IMG/VR virus record: IMGVR_UViG_3300043446_003867
Coordinates: 25,082-89,081 of that record
DNA: 64,000 nt
Source: a virus
Strand: one strand, 5' to 3'
Made by a program: the position numbers and the translations under genes. The first letter of the stretch is position 1; every line of letters begins with the position of its first letter. The notes under the pieces are model-generated. The model did not search any database. It had not been told where the DNA came from and saw only the letters and a list, made by a program, of their open reading frames with translations. This document shows positions 63,332 through 64,000 of this stretch, piece by piece.

Positions 63332-63654
63332 CCATGCACGCTCTGATTTCTCCGATCACCTTTCACTCGTCCGGTACGGCTACGCAGCTTCACGCGGTCG
63401 CGCACGTCTCGCCGAACCGCTCGGCGTCGGTTGAGTGGACGCTCACGACGGACGAGGGGAAGCGAGTGCAGAGCGGGCTGCTCACGCTTGAAGGCGCGGC
63501 GTACCAGGGATGGGGCGCCAGCGACGAGTACCTGTATACCTGGATCGCTGATATGCTCGGGATCACGGTGACGGAGATCGTCGATCCGCCTCCGCCGGCG
63601 CCCTACGTTCCTCCGGCGGATCCTGAGACGATTCAGCACGCGAACGGGCTCTGA
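63328..63654 (+). CDS. Putative fibre chaperone
   Basis: G.LTLEG.AYQGWG.SDEY.Y.WIA..LG motif; paralog of 56917-57249. Confidence 0.7.
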   Translation: MTMHALISPITFHSSGTATQLHAVAHVSPNRSASVEWTLTTDEGKRVQSGLLTLEGAAYQGWGASDEYLYTWIADMLGITVTEIVDPPPPAPYVPPADPETIQHANGL

Positions 63655-63716
63655 GCGCGTCATTGACGGAAACGGATCGGATGCGCATCATGCGCCGGTC
63701 CTAACCGGAGAATCCT

Positions 63717-63905
63717 ATGCCTGAGATCAAGACCCTCGACGACGTCCTCAACCTGTTCGTGTACGGCATCCGTGTCGGTCAGAGCAAAGGAGCCTACTCG
63801 CTCGAAGACGCGGCGCAGTTCGCGAAAGCGTTTGAATGGCTGGCGAAGAAGCAGCAGGAGGCGGCTGCCGCTCAGCAGGCGGCGCAGCCCCCGGCGCAAG
63901 CCTGA
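63717..63905 (+). CDS. Small hypothetical protein
   Basis: GGAG RBS; GQSKGAYSLEDAA. Confidence 0.65.
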   Translation: MPEIKTLDDVLNLFVYGIRVGQSKGAYSLEDAAQFAKAFEWLAKKQQEAAAAQQAAQPPAQA

Positions 63906-63924
63906 GCGAATCCTTCGCGGATCT

Positions 63925-63961
63925 AAGCCCTCGGTCAAAATCGACCGGGGGCTTTCTTTTT
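63925..63961 (+). terminator. Intrinsic terminator ending the tail region
   Basis: AAGCCCTCGGTC-AAAATC-GACCGGGGGCTT-TCTTTTT. Confidence 0.8.
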
Positions 63962-64000
63962 GCCTATCGTTCGCGTCATAGGGGGGTCGTCATACGACGG

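Larger units (their letters stand above)
1..64000 (+). mobile_element. Segment of a contractile-tailed (myovirus-morphotype) dsDNA phage or prophage; ends not visible in window
   Basis: Syntenic TerL-portal-MuF-scaffold-capsid-neck-sheath-tube-chaperone-tape measure-baseplate-fibre genes on + strand; phage lysozyme; no host housekeeping genes seen. Confidence 0.95.

Noticed and set aside
1-64000. tRNA/rRNA genes and a specific host assignment
   Set aside because: No cloverleaf or rRNA recognised by eye. High GC, CG-rich style and a GH24 lysozyme hint at a high-GC Gram-negative host such as a myxobacterium, but this cannot be supported without searches

Overview
This is about 64 kb of a high-GC (roughly two-thirds by eye), contractile-tailed dsDNA phage or prophage genome, almost entirely on the + strand. 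Positions 14.4-64 kb form a near-complete morphogenesis module: terminase large subunit, portal, MuF-like protein, scaffold, major capsid, neck, sheath, tube, frameshifted tail chaperone, tape measure, baseplate and two giant repeat-built fibre proteins. Two things stand out. (1) Between 1 and 13 kb lie 17 copies of a ~100-bp expression module, each in front of one or a few small genes. Each copy has a sigma70-type promoter with an exactly 17-bp conserved G/T spacer, a covarying 5'-terminal hairpin and an RBS, and at least eight copies have a terminator with an A-rich or purine-rich loop directly upstream. Module halves appear reassorted between copies, and a serine recombinase sits at the end of the array. 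(2) Right behind the major capsid gene is a cargo cluster: a RelA/SpoT small alarmone synthetase, a small acidic partner, a composite protein and a C39-like cysteine peptidase. Three of these, plus a distant highly acidic protein, share a short L-x-x-W-A-[RN]-[AS]-x-[GS]-G-x-G motif, a candidate packaging/processing signal. Product calls come from motif recognition and synteny only; no searches were run.
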